Shown piece by piece: positions 17,087 to 25,135 of a stretch of 64,000 nt of DNA (positions are counted from its first letter, which is position 1; every line of letters begins with the position of its first letter). The notes beneath the pieces are model-generated. The model saw only the letters and a list, made by a program, of their open reading frames with translations, did not search any database and was not told the DNA's origin. A program made the translations under genes and the position numbers. Origin of the DNA: Verrucomicrobiia bacterium. GTDB lineage: Bacteria; Verrucomicrobiota; Verrucomicrobiia; JAWXBN01. Location of the stretch: positions 13,634 through 77,633 of the forward strand of contig JANRIZ010000008.1 in NCBI GenBank assembly GCA_033764445.1, written 5' to 3'.

Positions 17087-18124
17087 TTAAGCAGCATGAC
17101 TTTTACCCTCCTTTTGGGAGGCTTTGACCTCCAGCATGTAGGTGTTGCCTTTGGCAATTTCGTCAGCAAAAGCTCGGGACACATAGAGCGTCCAGACCGC
17201 CCCAGACAGTTTGGGCCGTTTCCCCGTTTCGATGTAACGCAAGTCCTCTTTGTATGCCTGGATCGGGTGCAGATAGCCGCTGTCCTGGAGTTCCTTGAGA
17301 GCTTTTTGGACCGTGACAAGATAATTCCTAAATTGCTTTAGAGGCGCAACCGGTGCTTCTCGAATGATGGTTTCGAGGGAAATATGAAAGCCGGTTTGCT
17401 TGAAATGGTCGTGGCCAGTTGCCTGTCTGTAATTGTGGTTGATGCGTGTAGCCAGCCAGCGAGCCAGAGGCATCTTGAGGCTGCAGAGTTTTGTATGATT
17501 GATAGGGAAGTAGGCTTGATTCTTGATGGCCTCGCCAATCAGGCTGTGGAAGGACACCCTCACGGTACTGCTCTTTCCGGAATCATCCCCATTTTGATAA
17601 TTATAGGCGAGGTTGATGTAGGTCTGGTGGTGACCAATCCGGTTGTATTTGCCTTCTGCCAGCAATTCCAGCGAGGCAAGGGAAAGGATGTAAAGAGCCT
17701 CCTTGATTTCGGCGATTTTGTAGCCGTGTCCGACGGCGACAAGTTCCTTACGAATTCGGTAGAGAGTGGTATTGACGCAGACAAAGTAGCTTTGTGTTTC
17801 GGCCCCGACATTTAATGATGACTGTTCAACCGCGAGTTTTCGCAAGACTCGCTCAACGAGTTCTTCACGCGCCCCTGGTAAACGATAGACACCCTTGGCA
17901 ATCTCGGCACACCGGACCACAGCCCGGAGGGATCGGTTTTTAAACTTGAATTCAGTGACCTGCATTTCATGCGGTTTTCCTTCAAAAAAACGGGTTGCCG
18001 CATCGTAAATATCCACCGTCCTGGATTCATCGTTTTTTCCAAACCACCCTTGAAAAAAGTCAGTCTGCCGGGCCTCTGAGGCCGGAACCATGACTTCCTT
18101 CTGTGGTTTTTCTTTGTCGTTCAT
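17087..18124 (-). CDS. plasmid replication initiator (Rep) protein
   Basis: 345-aa ORF whose 3' end abuts the iteron array; winged-helix-like basic protein. Called from context plus general RepA-like features. Confidence 0.55.
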   Translation of the reverse strand: MNDKEKPQKEVMVPASEARQTDFFQGWFGKNDESRTVDIYDAATRFFEGKPHEMQVTEFKFKNRSLRAVVRCAEIAKGVYRLPGAREELVERVLRKLAVEQSSLNVGAETQSYFVCVNTTLYRIRKELVAVGHGYKIAEIKEALYILSLASLELLAEGKYNRIGHHQTYINLAYNYQNGDDSGKSSTVRVSFHSLIGEAIKNQAYFPINHTKLCSLKMPLARWLATRINHNYRQATGHDHFKQTGFHISLETIIREAPVAPLKQFRNYLVTVQKALKELQDSGYLHPIQAYKEDLRYIETGKRPKLSGAVWTLYVSRAFADEIAKGNTYMLEVKASQKEGKSHAA

Positions 18125-18128
18125 TGTA

Positions 18129-18539
18129 TTATCCCTGAAAATTCGTTGGCTCTACGTGATTCAAAGTTGTGTCGTCGCTTGCGATTTGCTGACAGACCTC
18201 TTCCGGGAGATTTGGATTCAACAGGTGAAGCTCATAGCGCGAGTTCCGATAAAAGAGCCGGATGACGGGAATCCGGAGGTAATAGATGGAAATCCAAGGA
18301 AAAGAGTCATCCGTAGTATCGCGGTTAAACACGACAGCCCCATTATTTTTGAGATCGGCAAAATCGGGATCAAGGTTGTAGTGAGTTTCGAGAAAGAATG
18401 CCAAAGCCAGCGTGAGATAATGTTTGCGCCGGTGCCCAATTTCAAAAGTCCCTGCCGGGAAATAAGCCTCATCATAGATGAGGTAATTTCCACAACATCT
18501 AATCTTTTCAGGATGAGGCATTTTCTCGTGTTCGTTCAT
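18129..18539 (-). CDS. hypothetical protein
   Basis: 136 aa; its stop lies 5 nt upstream of the rep start, co-oriented. Confidence 0.4.
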   Translation of the reverse strand: MNEHEKMPHPEKIRCCGNYLIYDEAYFPAGTFEIGHRRKHYLTLALAFFLETHYNLDPDFADLKNNGAVVFNRDTTDDSFPWISIYYLRIPVIRLFYRNSRYELHLLNPNLPEEVCQQIASDDTTLNHVEPTNFQG

Positions 18540-18570
18540 AACTTTATAAGTTAATATGATATGAAGTTTA

Positions 18571-18849
18571 TTATTTTTGGGTTTCGACGACCGGGACTGA
18601 TTGGTCTTGAATGAGCAACCGGCAAAGCCGATACAATTCGATGATGGAAAAAATATTGATCATTGCGGCAATTATGCTGATAGCAGTCGGCAAATTTTTG
18701 GAGTCCACAGGGAATTTTGTGGAGAAAATCAGGGCCAAGGAAAGAGTCCCAAAAAGTGACATCCCAAATGTCAAAAGCCGGTACAACCGCCGCAGGTGCC
18801 TTTCCTGCTGTGTGAGTGCCATTTGTTTGTTCATTTCGCTTTCCTGCAT
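18571..18849 (-). CDS. small membrane protein
   Basis: 92 aa with two TM helices. Confidence 0.35.
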   Translation of the reverse strand: MQESEMNKQMALTQQERHLRRLYRLLTFGMSLFGTLSLALIFSTKFPVDSKNLPTAISIIAAMINIFSIIELYRLCRLLIQDQSVPVVETQK

Positions 18850-18954
18850 TTGTTACCTGCTTTCTCGTTCTGGAGTGCCTTTGACCGGCTTTGACGGTGT
18901 GGTGGTCATTGTGGGGCTGGTGTATTTGATGTTATTTTTGAATCGTTAAATCTG

Positions 18955-19398
18955 TCACTTGCCCTGGGTTTCAACGACCGGGACGGCCACAGTGGAATTG
19001 GTCAGATATATGGTGCCCTGGGGCGTCTGGACAGTCGTAGGCGTGGGAACTTCGTAGTAGTTGTATCGAAGCTGGCCCTTGGTAGTGGTGGACGGCTCTT
19101 TCGCTCTCAACTGTGCCCAATAGAGACGCTTGGCAGCATCAGAGCCGCCCCGGTCATAACCGCGGTTGTATTCATTGCGTTTGGCGTTGCTGACAGAGGC
19201 TTGGATGCCTTCGGAAATCAGGACCCCACCGGCTGCGCCTCCGATGGTGGCAATCGGATCGCCTCCGGAAGCCATGTAACCGACCCCCGCCCCGGCTGCT
19301 CCGGCTCCCGCATCGTAGAGGCCGCGGTTGCTGGCACATCCGGTCAGAAAAATGGCTACCGGGAAAACAAAAATCAAAAGAGTGGAATGAATTTTCAT
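18955..19398 (-). CDS. glycine-zipper lipoprotein (17-kDa surface antigen/Pcp-like; VirB7/TrbH-like candidate)
   Basis: Lipobox FLTGC; GAGAAGAGVGYMASGG...GGAAGGVLISEG glycine-zipper motif. Confidence 0.5.
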   Translation of the reverse strand: MKIHSTLLIFVFPVAIFLTGCASNRGLYDAGAGAAGAGVGYMASGGDPIATIGGAAGGVLISEGIQASVSNAKRNEYNRGYDRGGSDAAKRLYWAQLRAKEPSTTTKGQLRYNYYEVPTPTTVQTPQGTIYLTNSTVAVPVVETQGK

Positions 19399-19727
19399 GG
19401 GGTGATTCGTGTGATTGGTTTGATGGTTTGAAGTGGGATATTTTCGGGCCGGGTGTTCTGGGGTGTGAGTTGGGCATTGAGTTCCTGGATAAACCCCTGT
19501 CGGAGTTTGTCAGCGGAGTGGGGGAAGGTGTCGGCCACGGCCAGAACGTCCTCATGGATTTTGAGGATGTTCCGGCGTGTGGTCATTCGGAATGATCCCG
19601 CCTGACGGACATCAAACCCCTCCTGGGCAGAGAACTCATTGGTGGCCTTGAGTACGTCCGCCCCCAGAGTCAGAAGGTCGTCTTTCATCTGGCGGTAATG
19701 TTCGAGGTAGTAGAGGGGCTTTTTCAT
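19395..19727 (-). CDS. hypothetical protein
   Basis: ORF 19395..19955 trimmed to the Met at 19727 (MKKPLYY), directly after the upstream stop. Confidence 0.4.
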   Translation of the reverse strand: MKKPLYYLEHYRQMKDDLLTLGADVLKATNEFSAQEGFDVRQAGSFRMTTRRNILKIHEDVLAVADTFPHSADKLRQGFIQELNAQLTPQNTRPENIPLQTIKPITRITP

Positions 19728-19728
19728 G

Positions 19729-20595
19729 TTATCTGTCGTAGTAACCGGGCCTCGCCTCGGCATCGGGGACAGTGGCCCCGTTGCCTCCGCCAAAGGGAGA
19801 GCGGCCGTTGTTGAGGAAGGTGTTGCCCGTGTTAAAAATCCCCATCCCCATTCCGCCGAAGGAAATGACATCGTTCCAGAGATTCCCGCCCAAGAGGCCA
19901 CTGGTCCTATTTGAGAACTTGGTGTTCTGGGCGTTGAGCTGGGCTTGCAGGTCATTGACCTGGGACTGGGTGGCCAGACCCGTGGGAATGTTGGCCAGTT
20001 GGTTGGAGAGGGTGGTGTATTGACCTTGGAGAGTCGCCAACTGGTTACTGAGGGAGGTAATGTTTGCGGTATTGGTCGTCACTTGTCCCTGTGTGGCCGC
20101 CAGAGAATTGCTGAGAGAATTAATCTGCCCTTGGAGATTGGTTACAAAGGCATTGAGTTGGGCAAGAATCCGCAAATCCGTTTCCCCGTCCTCGTTTTCA
20201 AGAATGATCAGCGTCGAGGCGGTTTTGGTGGTCAGTCCGGCCCCTGCGGATCGGACCAATGAAGTGGTCAATGATCCGGGCGGAAGATTTGTAAATTTCT
20301 GAACCGCCGCCCCACCACTGACCCAATCACCCCCATTATCTTTGTTTGCTTCCCGGTAGGTGATGATATTGACGCCGTTGGTTTGGAGGGTAAAGGCCTC
20401 GGCTGAGGATGAATCTCCGACGGTATTGACAACCGTGTAATAAGAAACCGACCCCGTCCTGGTGAGGGTAAAGTCAAATGACTGGAAAGTGGCTCCAACA
20501 GCGATATTTTGGGCTGTATTGGTATAGACTATCTTCTGAGCCTGGAGAACAGACGTGAGACAAAGCAGGGTGAGGAGAGTGAGAATTTTTTTCAT
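19729..20595 (-). CDS. secreted repeat-containing protein (possible pilus-tip/adhesin-like T4SS accessory)
   Basis: Signal peptide MKKILTLLTLLCLTSVLQA; internal repeats LSNQLATLQGQYTTLSNQLANIPTG / LQGQINSLSNSLAATQGQVTT. Confidence 0.45.
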   Translation of the reverse strand: MKKILTLLTLLCLTSVLQAQKIVYTNTAQNIAVGATFQSFDFTLTRTGSVSYYTVVNTVGDSSSAEAFTLQTNGVNIITYREANKDNGGDWVSGGAAVQKFTNLPPGSLTTSLVRSAGAGLTTKTASTLIILENEDGETDLRILAQLNAFVTNLQGQINSLSNSLAATQGQVTTNTANITSLSNQLATLQGQYTTLSNQLANIPTGLATQSQVNDLQAQLNAQNTKFSNRTSGLLGGNLWNDVISFGGMGMGIFNTGNTFLNNGRSPFGGGNGATVPDAEARPGYYDR

Positions 20596-20634
20596 AATAT
20601 GATAATATGATATTGGGTTTTGGGGTGGGGGAGA

Positions 20635-23304
20635 TTAGGCGGCTTCGCGGCCCATCAAGTCCTCGGGCCGGATGTTGGTCTTTTCCTGTTTGGTCCAGTA
20701 ATCCTTGACGATTTTGCGGGTGGCCTCGGAAACCACATTGATCATGGTGCCGCAGATGGGCCGTTGGGCGTCGAGGTGGTAGTAGGTGAATTTTGAATAG
20801 GCGTAGTCGATGTGCTCGGGAAGATCGTATTCCATGATCTCGTTTTTGGTCGCCTCCGGCAGGCCAAAGACCTGGCTGATGTCCTCAAGGTCATCCCGGT
20901 CGTTCTGTTTCTGGAGCAGGAGCATTTTGGCGTTACCGAAGACAATGGGCCGGATACGGCTTTGTTTGAACTGGGCGTACTGCTGGACGATTGAGCAGAC
21001 CCAAGCGCGGAATTTGCGCATTTGCGCGTAGGTTTCCTTGACAAATTCCTCTCCCCCTGGGATGTCGAGCAAGCGGGCCACTTCCTCAAAAATCACCGCC
21101 TTCCGGAGACTCCTGGGAAGGGAAATGATGTGTTGCCTGACAAACATGGCTATGAGGAAACCGGCCAAGTCCTTCAGCTCGGAATTGGCGCGGAGATCAC
21201 CCAGTTCAAAGTGGGTGAGGGCCTGAGTGAGTTTGATATTTGTCACCCCGTCGAAAAGTTTTCCGTTTGATCCACGGTCCGCCGTCCACGTTTCCAAGAC
21301 CGTGGCAATGTCCCGGACAAACCGGGCATCGTGGTTTGACATCGGAGTCATTTTCATGGCTTCGACAAGGGTTGAGTGCCTGGGCATTTCTTCAGGCGTC
21401 AAAAAGGCATAGGCCAGATTCCTCACCAGAATCTGGGTGGTGGGAGTTTTGTAGAATCTTGCGACATCCTCGCCACTGTATGATTCAATGACTTTGTGAA
21501 GTTCCAGACTCGCCTCGTTTTCGCGGGCATAAGCAAAAGCCTCGACAAAGGTGGTCGTGGCATCATCCTTCTTGAGAATGCGCTGGATACGACTGATGGC
21601 CATGGTCATCCGGGCAAAGTAATCCGCCTTGTCGGGCCGGTACTTGACCCAGTTCTGGAAGGTTCGGGTGTAAAGCCGTGTAATATAGGAGGTGATGAGG
21701 GATTTCTTGAGATACTGCTTATCCTCGTCGGATACATGGCCAGCCATGCGTGCCGCAATGGCCGAGGCCGTTTCAATGTGGCTGAAATTGAGTGGCAACC
21801 CGTGCGTGTCCAGATAATTGATGGTCAATTCCCCATCGGCCTGGAGAAAGATGGTCTGACCCATGCAGGCTTTGACCAGAGGGCCGTAGGAATTTCCCTC
21901 CTCGATGATGGCCGTGTAGTGGAGAAACGGAAGAATCTGACTGAGAAGGTCAAACATGAGCATGGATTTCCCCGCCCCTGACATGCCCAGCAGAACGGCA
22001 TGTTGAGGCTGACCATTGATGTCGGTCCTGATTCCGGCTAATGCGTTGTGGTTTGAGTCGTAGAATGCCTCCGCCTGGTCAAGATGCCCTGAAAAGGACG
22101 AACTCAAGGGCATGATCCGGGCCAACACCTTGTCCTCACTGTATTTTTTATGATCGGTGTATGTCCCGTAAATCCAGCCTGGCCAGCTTTGGAAAAAGAG
22201 CTTCCGGCTCGTGGCAAAAGTCAGCGGCCTGTGATACCTGGCTCCTGGAATACGTTCAATGATGTCTTCGAGGCGGGCCGTGTTCCTGGCCAATTCATCG
22301 GGGGAGGCTGCCCAGAGCCTGAAAATGTAATCAATCTCATGGGGAGTGGTCACCCCCAGGGAAATATTTTCGAGCCGTTGTTTGCGCATGTTGAATTCGG
22401 TAAGCAAATCCTCGTCCTGTTTGGAAGCGTAGGAAGTCTTGAGGTCATTCATGATGGCCTGTTCCTTGCGCTTGGCCTTGCGGATGTCCATCGGATAGAC
22501 GTTGACAGTGATGTTGTAGTCCAGAAGGTCCGTGTGCGTGTATTGCAGGGCGGAAGTCTCCTCGGTGACATCCGGCAGGCGGGATAGAACGAGAATGTTC
22601 TGGTAGAACCCATCCCACGCAAACCCAAAGGCGGGCCGGTGCCTCAACCCCCCCTGCATCTCGCTGTTGAGACAATTCCGGCAGATGGATTCCCCTGGCT
22701 GAAACTGGTTGCTGATGTCGAGATTAAAGCGTGTATGAAGCGAGGGCCGGAGGAAATAGCTCAAATGCTTGAAATGATCAATATCATCCATGGGAAGAAG
22801 ACTGGAACCCGTGGGGCGGAAACGGTTCATCAGGGAGCTTTGGAGCAACTCAAATTCGGAGTGAAGCTCGTCAATAATGTCCTCCCAGAACTTGCGGATG
22901 TCATTTTTGGAAAGACCCGCCGGTGGGCTGTTTTTGATTGGCCGTGAAAAGTAAACCCTCATCACTTCGCGCCGGTGCTTCCGGTTCCGGACATTGTTCC
23001 AGGCTCGGGCGGCCCTTTCCTCCCGGTTTTTTTTGGGCCATCCGTCGGGCATGGCCTTGGTCTGGACATTGTAGGCCAGAATCTCCTTCCGATAATCGCT
23101 ATCCGGCATGAATTGCCCTTGGATGCGCCATTTGACAGACAGGGAATTGAGTTGGTTGCACACCGCCCGCTCGAATTTGGCCAAACCGGCATCACCGGCA
23201 TTGGACCGGTCCGGGCCTTCAAAAAGAAAGCCACGGGAAACCCACTGGGGCGGGTCGCCCCATACGAGCATATCTTTGATAAAATAGCCGTCCGGGCAGT
23301 TCAT
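20635..23304 (-). CDS. trbE: VirB4/TrbE/CagE-family T4SS ATPase
   Basis: 889 aa; Walker A motif GMSGAGKS; size and architecture of VirB4. Confidence 0.85.
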   Translation of the reverse strand: MNCPDGYFIKDMLVWGDPPQWVSRGFLFEGPDRSNAGDAGLAKFERAVCNQLNSLSVKWRIQGQFMPDSDYRKEILAYNVQTKAMPDGWPKKNREERAARAWNNVRNRKHRREVMRVYFSRPIKNSPPAGLSKNDIRKFWEDIIDELHSEFELLQSSLMNRFRPTGSSLLPMDDIDHFKHLSYFLRPSLHTRFNLDISNQFQPGESICRNCLNSEMQGGLRHRPAFGFAWDGFYQNILVLSRLPDVTEETSALQYTHTDLLDYNITVNVYPMDIRKAKRKEQAIMNDLKTSYASKQDEDLLTEFNMRKQRLENISLGVTTPHEIDYIFRLWAASPDELARNTARLEDIIERIPGARYHRPLTFATSRKLFFQSWPGWIYGTYTDHKKYSEDKVLARIMPLSSSFSGHLDQAEAFYDSNHNALAGIRTDINGQPQHAVLLGMSGAGKSMLMFDLLSQILPFLHYTAIIEEGNSYGPLVKACMGQTIFLQADGELTINYLDTHGLPLNFSHIETASAIAARMAGHVSDEDKQYLKKSLITSYITRLYTRTFQNWVKYRPDKADYFARMTMAISRIQRILKKDDATTTFVEAFAYARENEASLELHKVIESYSGEDVARFYKTPTTQILVRNLAYAFLTPEEMPRHSTLVEAMKMTPMSNHDARFVRDIATVLETWTADRGSNGKLFDGVTNIKLTQALTHFELGDLRANSELKDLAGFLIAMFVRQHIISLPRSLRKAVIFEEVARLLDIPGGEEFVKETYAQMRKFRAWVCSIVQQYAQFKQSRIRPIVFGNAKMLLLQKQNDRDDLEDISQVFGLPEATKNEIMEYDLPEHIDYAYSKFTYYHLDAQRPICGTMINVVSEATRKIVKDYWTKQEKTNIRPEDLMGREAA

Positions 23305-23672
23305 GATATTGCTTCCCAGGAGTCTGAGTTTTCATCAGGAAAGGCGAGGGGATGGCGGATGGATTTTGCAAGGTCTGGCTTCCACGATTTTTCAAGGTTG
23401 AAAACATCATGGAAATAATCCTTGTCGTAGGCCGGAGGTTTACCCTGCCTGAAACCGAATATCCAAACGCTCGCCAGAATCACAGGTACGGCCGCCAGCC
23501 CAAACTTGATCGCATAGTGCAAGTTCCAAGTCTTGAGCTGATAGAGGCACCCCATGGCAAGCATGACTCCCCCGATGAATATGAAGGCGTTTTCATTGCC
23601 TTCAAAGATCAGGAACTTGCCCTTGCTTTCGTCGGCTCCGAGTGTGCGATAGACGGTAGGCATATGGGTCAA
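23301..23672 (-). CDS. VirB3/TrbD-like small membrane protein
   Basis: ~120 aa with a hydrophobic hairpin, immediately upstream of and overlapping virB4 (TTG/ATG start at 23672/23663). Confidence 0.45.
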   Translation of the reverse strand: MTHMPTVYRTLGADESKGKFLIFEGNENAFIFIGGVMLAMGCLYQLKTWNLHYAIKFGLAAVPVILASVWIFGFRQGKPPAYDKDYFHDVFNLEKSWKPDLAKSIRHPLAFPDENSDSWEAIS

Positions 23673-23818
23673 TTTCCCAGGATGAGCCAGTCAAAGAGGT
23701 AGATGCCAATGGCTGCGGCGGCCAAGGCCACGCCCGTCCAGTTGCGTTTGCCTTCCTCTGTCTTGAAGTAGAAGAAGTAGCCGGAGGCCATGAGAAGGAT
23801 GATGGTGAGGATTTTCAT
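23669..23818 (-). CDS. unannotated 49-aa two-TM ORF (MKILTIILLMASGYFFYFKTEEGKRNWTGVALAAAAIGIYLFDWLILGN)
   Basis: Hand translation; ATG at 23818, TGA overlapping the downstream start; not in the ORF track (<60 aa). Confidence 0.3.
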   Translation of the reverse strand: MKILTIILLMASGYFFYFKTEEGKRNWTGVALAAAAIGIYLFDWLILGN

Positions 23819-23848
23819 ATGATATTATGATGATGTTTTGTTTGAGGA

Positions 23849-24148
23849 TTATTCGATTTTGACTTTTGAGCCTGATAGCCCGCCGATATCGTAGTAGGCT
23901 TCCATGATGGCCGGTGCGGCCGCCACCATGAGCCCGATCAAAAGCCCAAACTTGGCTTTTTCGCGGTCGGAACTCATGTAGAACCCGGACCCGGCGACGG
24001 CAATGGCTCCGAGAAGGAAAAGAATTTTGAAGACAATGTTTCCGCCCTTGGAAAGCAACTGATCAAGATTAGCGGCGGCAAAAATGAAGGCTGGGGAGAA
24101 TAGGATTTGATTTCCTATGATACTAAGGTGGATGATAAACATCTGCAT
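23849..24148 (-). CDS. VirB2/TrbC pilin-like protein
   Basis: 99 aa with two hydrophobic helices separated by a short charged loop; first gene of the T4SS operon. Confidence 0.45.
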   Translation of the reverse strand: MQMFIIHLSIIGNQILFSPAFIFAAANLDQLLSKGGNIVFKILFLLGAIAVAGSGFYMSSDREKAKFGLLIGLMVAAAPAIMEAYYDIGGLSGSKVKIE

Positions 24149-24384
24149 GATGGTTGGTTCCTTCGTTCACATTCAAAAAAACATTGACGCCTGACCTTGA
24201 ATCAAGGGTTGTCAGTGTTTTTAAGAAATGTGCGTTTTGTTTGGTTTTTTGGGTTCTATTCATCGCTTTTCCATTATGAACTGGCATAATTAACTATGCA
24301 CAATTTATGTATTGTAAAGTAAATGAAAAAATGTGGCTATGATGAAAGCGAAAGCACCTGAGGAGCTTGGACAATCAGCCTGCA

Positions 24385-24687
24385 TCAGGCCGCAAGTTTG
24401 CGTTTGCGGACTGGCAGCGAGAGCTTCTGAGTCTTCGACAGCCACCTAACCGAAAGGTCCTCGTCGATTTCGGGCCAGTGGACACCGAAAGCGGAGAGTT
24501 CGATGATGCTCCTTTGTCGGACGGATGCCCTTTTCAGGCGTTCGGTTACATCGATGGGAAACTCAATCTTTGATTGATTGTTGAGGTAGAGCGTGAATGA
24601 TTTCTTCCCAGGGATACAGGCAATGGGTTCGGGTTCAAAACCCGAATGTTCTTTGCCATTTTTCGATGATTTGACTTTGGTGTTCAT
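24385..24687 (-). CDS. DUF2442-domain protein
   Basis: C-terminal ...IELSAFGVHWPEIDEDLSVRWLSK matches the DUF2442 signature (GihWpdlDEDisv). Confidence 0.5.
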   Translation of the reverse strand: MNTKVKSSKNGKEHSGFEPEPIACIPGKKSFTLYLNNQSKIEFPIDVTERLKRASVRQRSIIELSAFGVHWPEIDEDLSVRWLSKTQKLSLPVRKRKLAA

Positions 24688-25135
24688 GGATCAGCTCCTC
24701 TGCTTTTGTGATGTCTTTAGGTGACATGTTCCTTGAGGCTTCGAGCCTCACTGGCTGTAACCAAAATTTAGCTTCACTGCCGTCTTACCTGACGTGTACG
24801 TGAATGGGTTCGTTTCCCTCGTTTGAATACAAAAAGAAGATGAACCCGTTTTTTCTGAAAATCTCCGGCATAAAATGAACCTCATTTTATTTTTAAAAAG
24901 ATCAAGTTGAATTTTCGATCTCCACCCGCTTTTCAGCTCCACAGGCATTTACCGTGCGCGACGAGTGAGCTTTCACAAGGTCCTTCCCATGCGGTGTTGA
25001 TGATGTTTCCATCATTGTCTTCCATGGATAGCGGTGCGTAATATTTTCCAAAACTGACCGAAGGGACAACACGCATCCATCATGCGGAACGACTGGCCGC
25101 CGTCACCGAAGGGAAAGGAAGGAAACGGAATAAAA

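Noticed and set aside
16384-17319. 311-aa minus-strand ORF spanning the iterons
   Set aside because: Runs through the DnaA boxes, AT-rich tract and all seven iterons and into the rep 3' end; the product is repeat-driven.
24700-25135. tRNA or integrase at the element junction
   Set aside because: No cloverleaf-like structure or tyrosine/serine recombinase ORF is discernible in the junction region by eye; this needs a tool to be sure.
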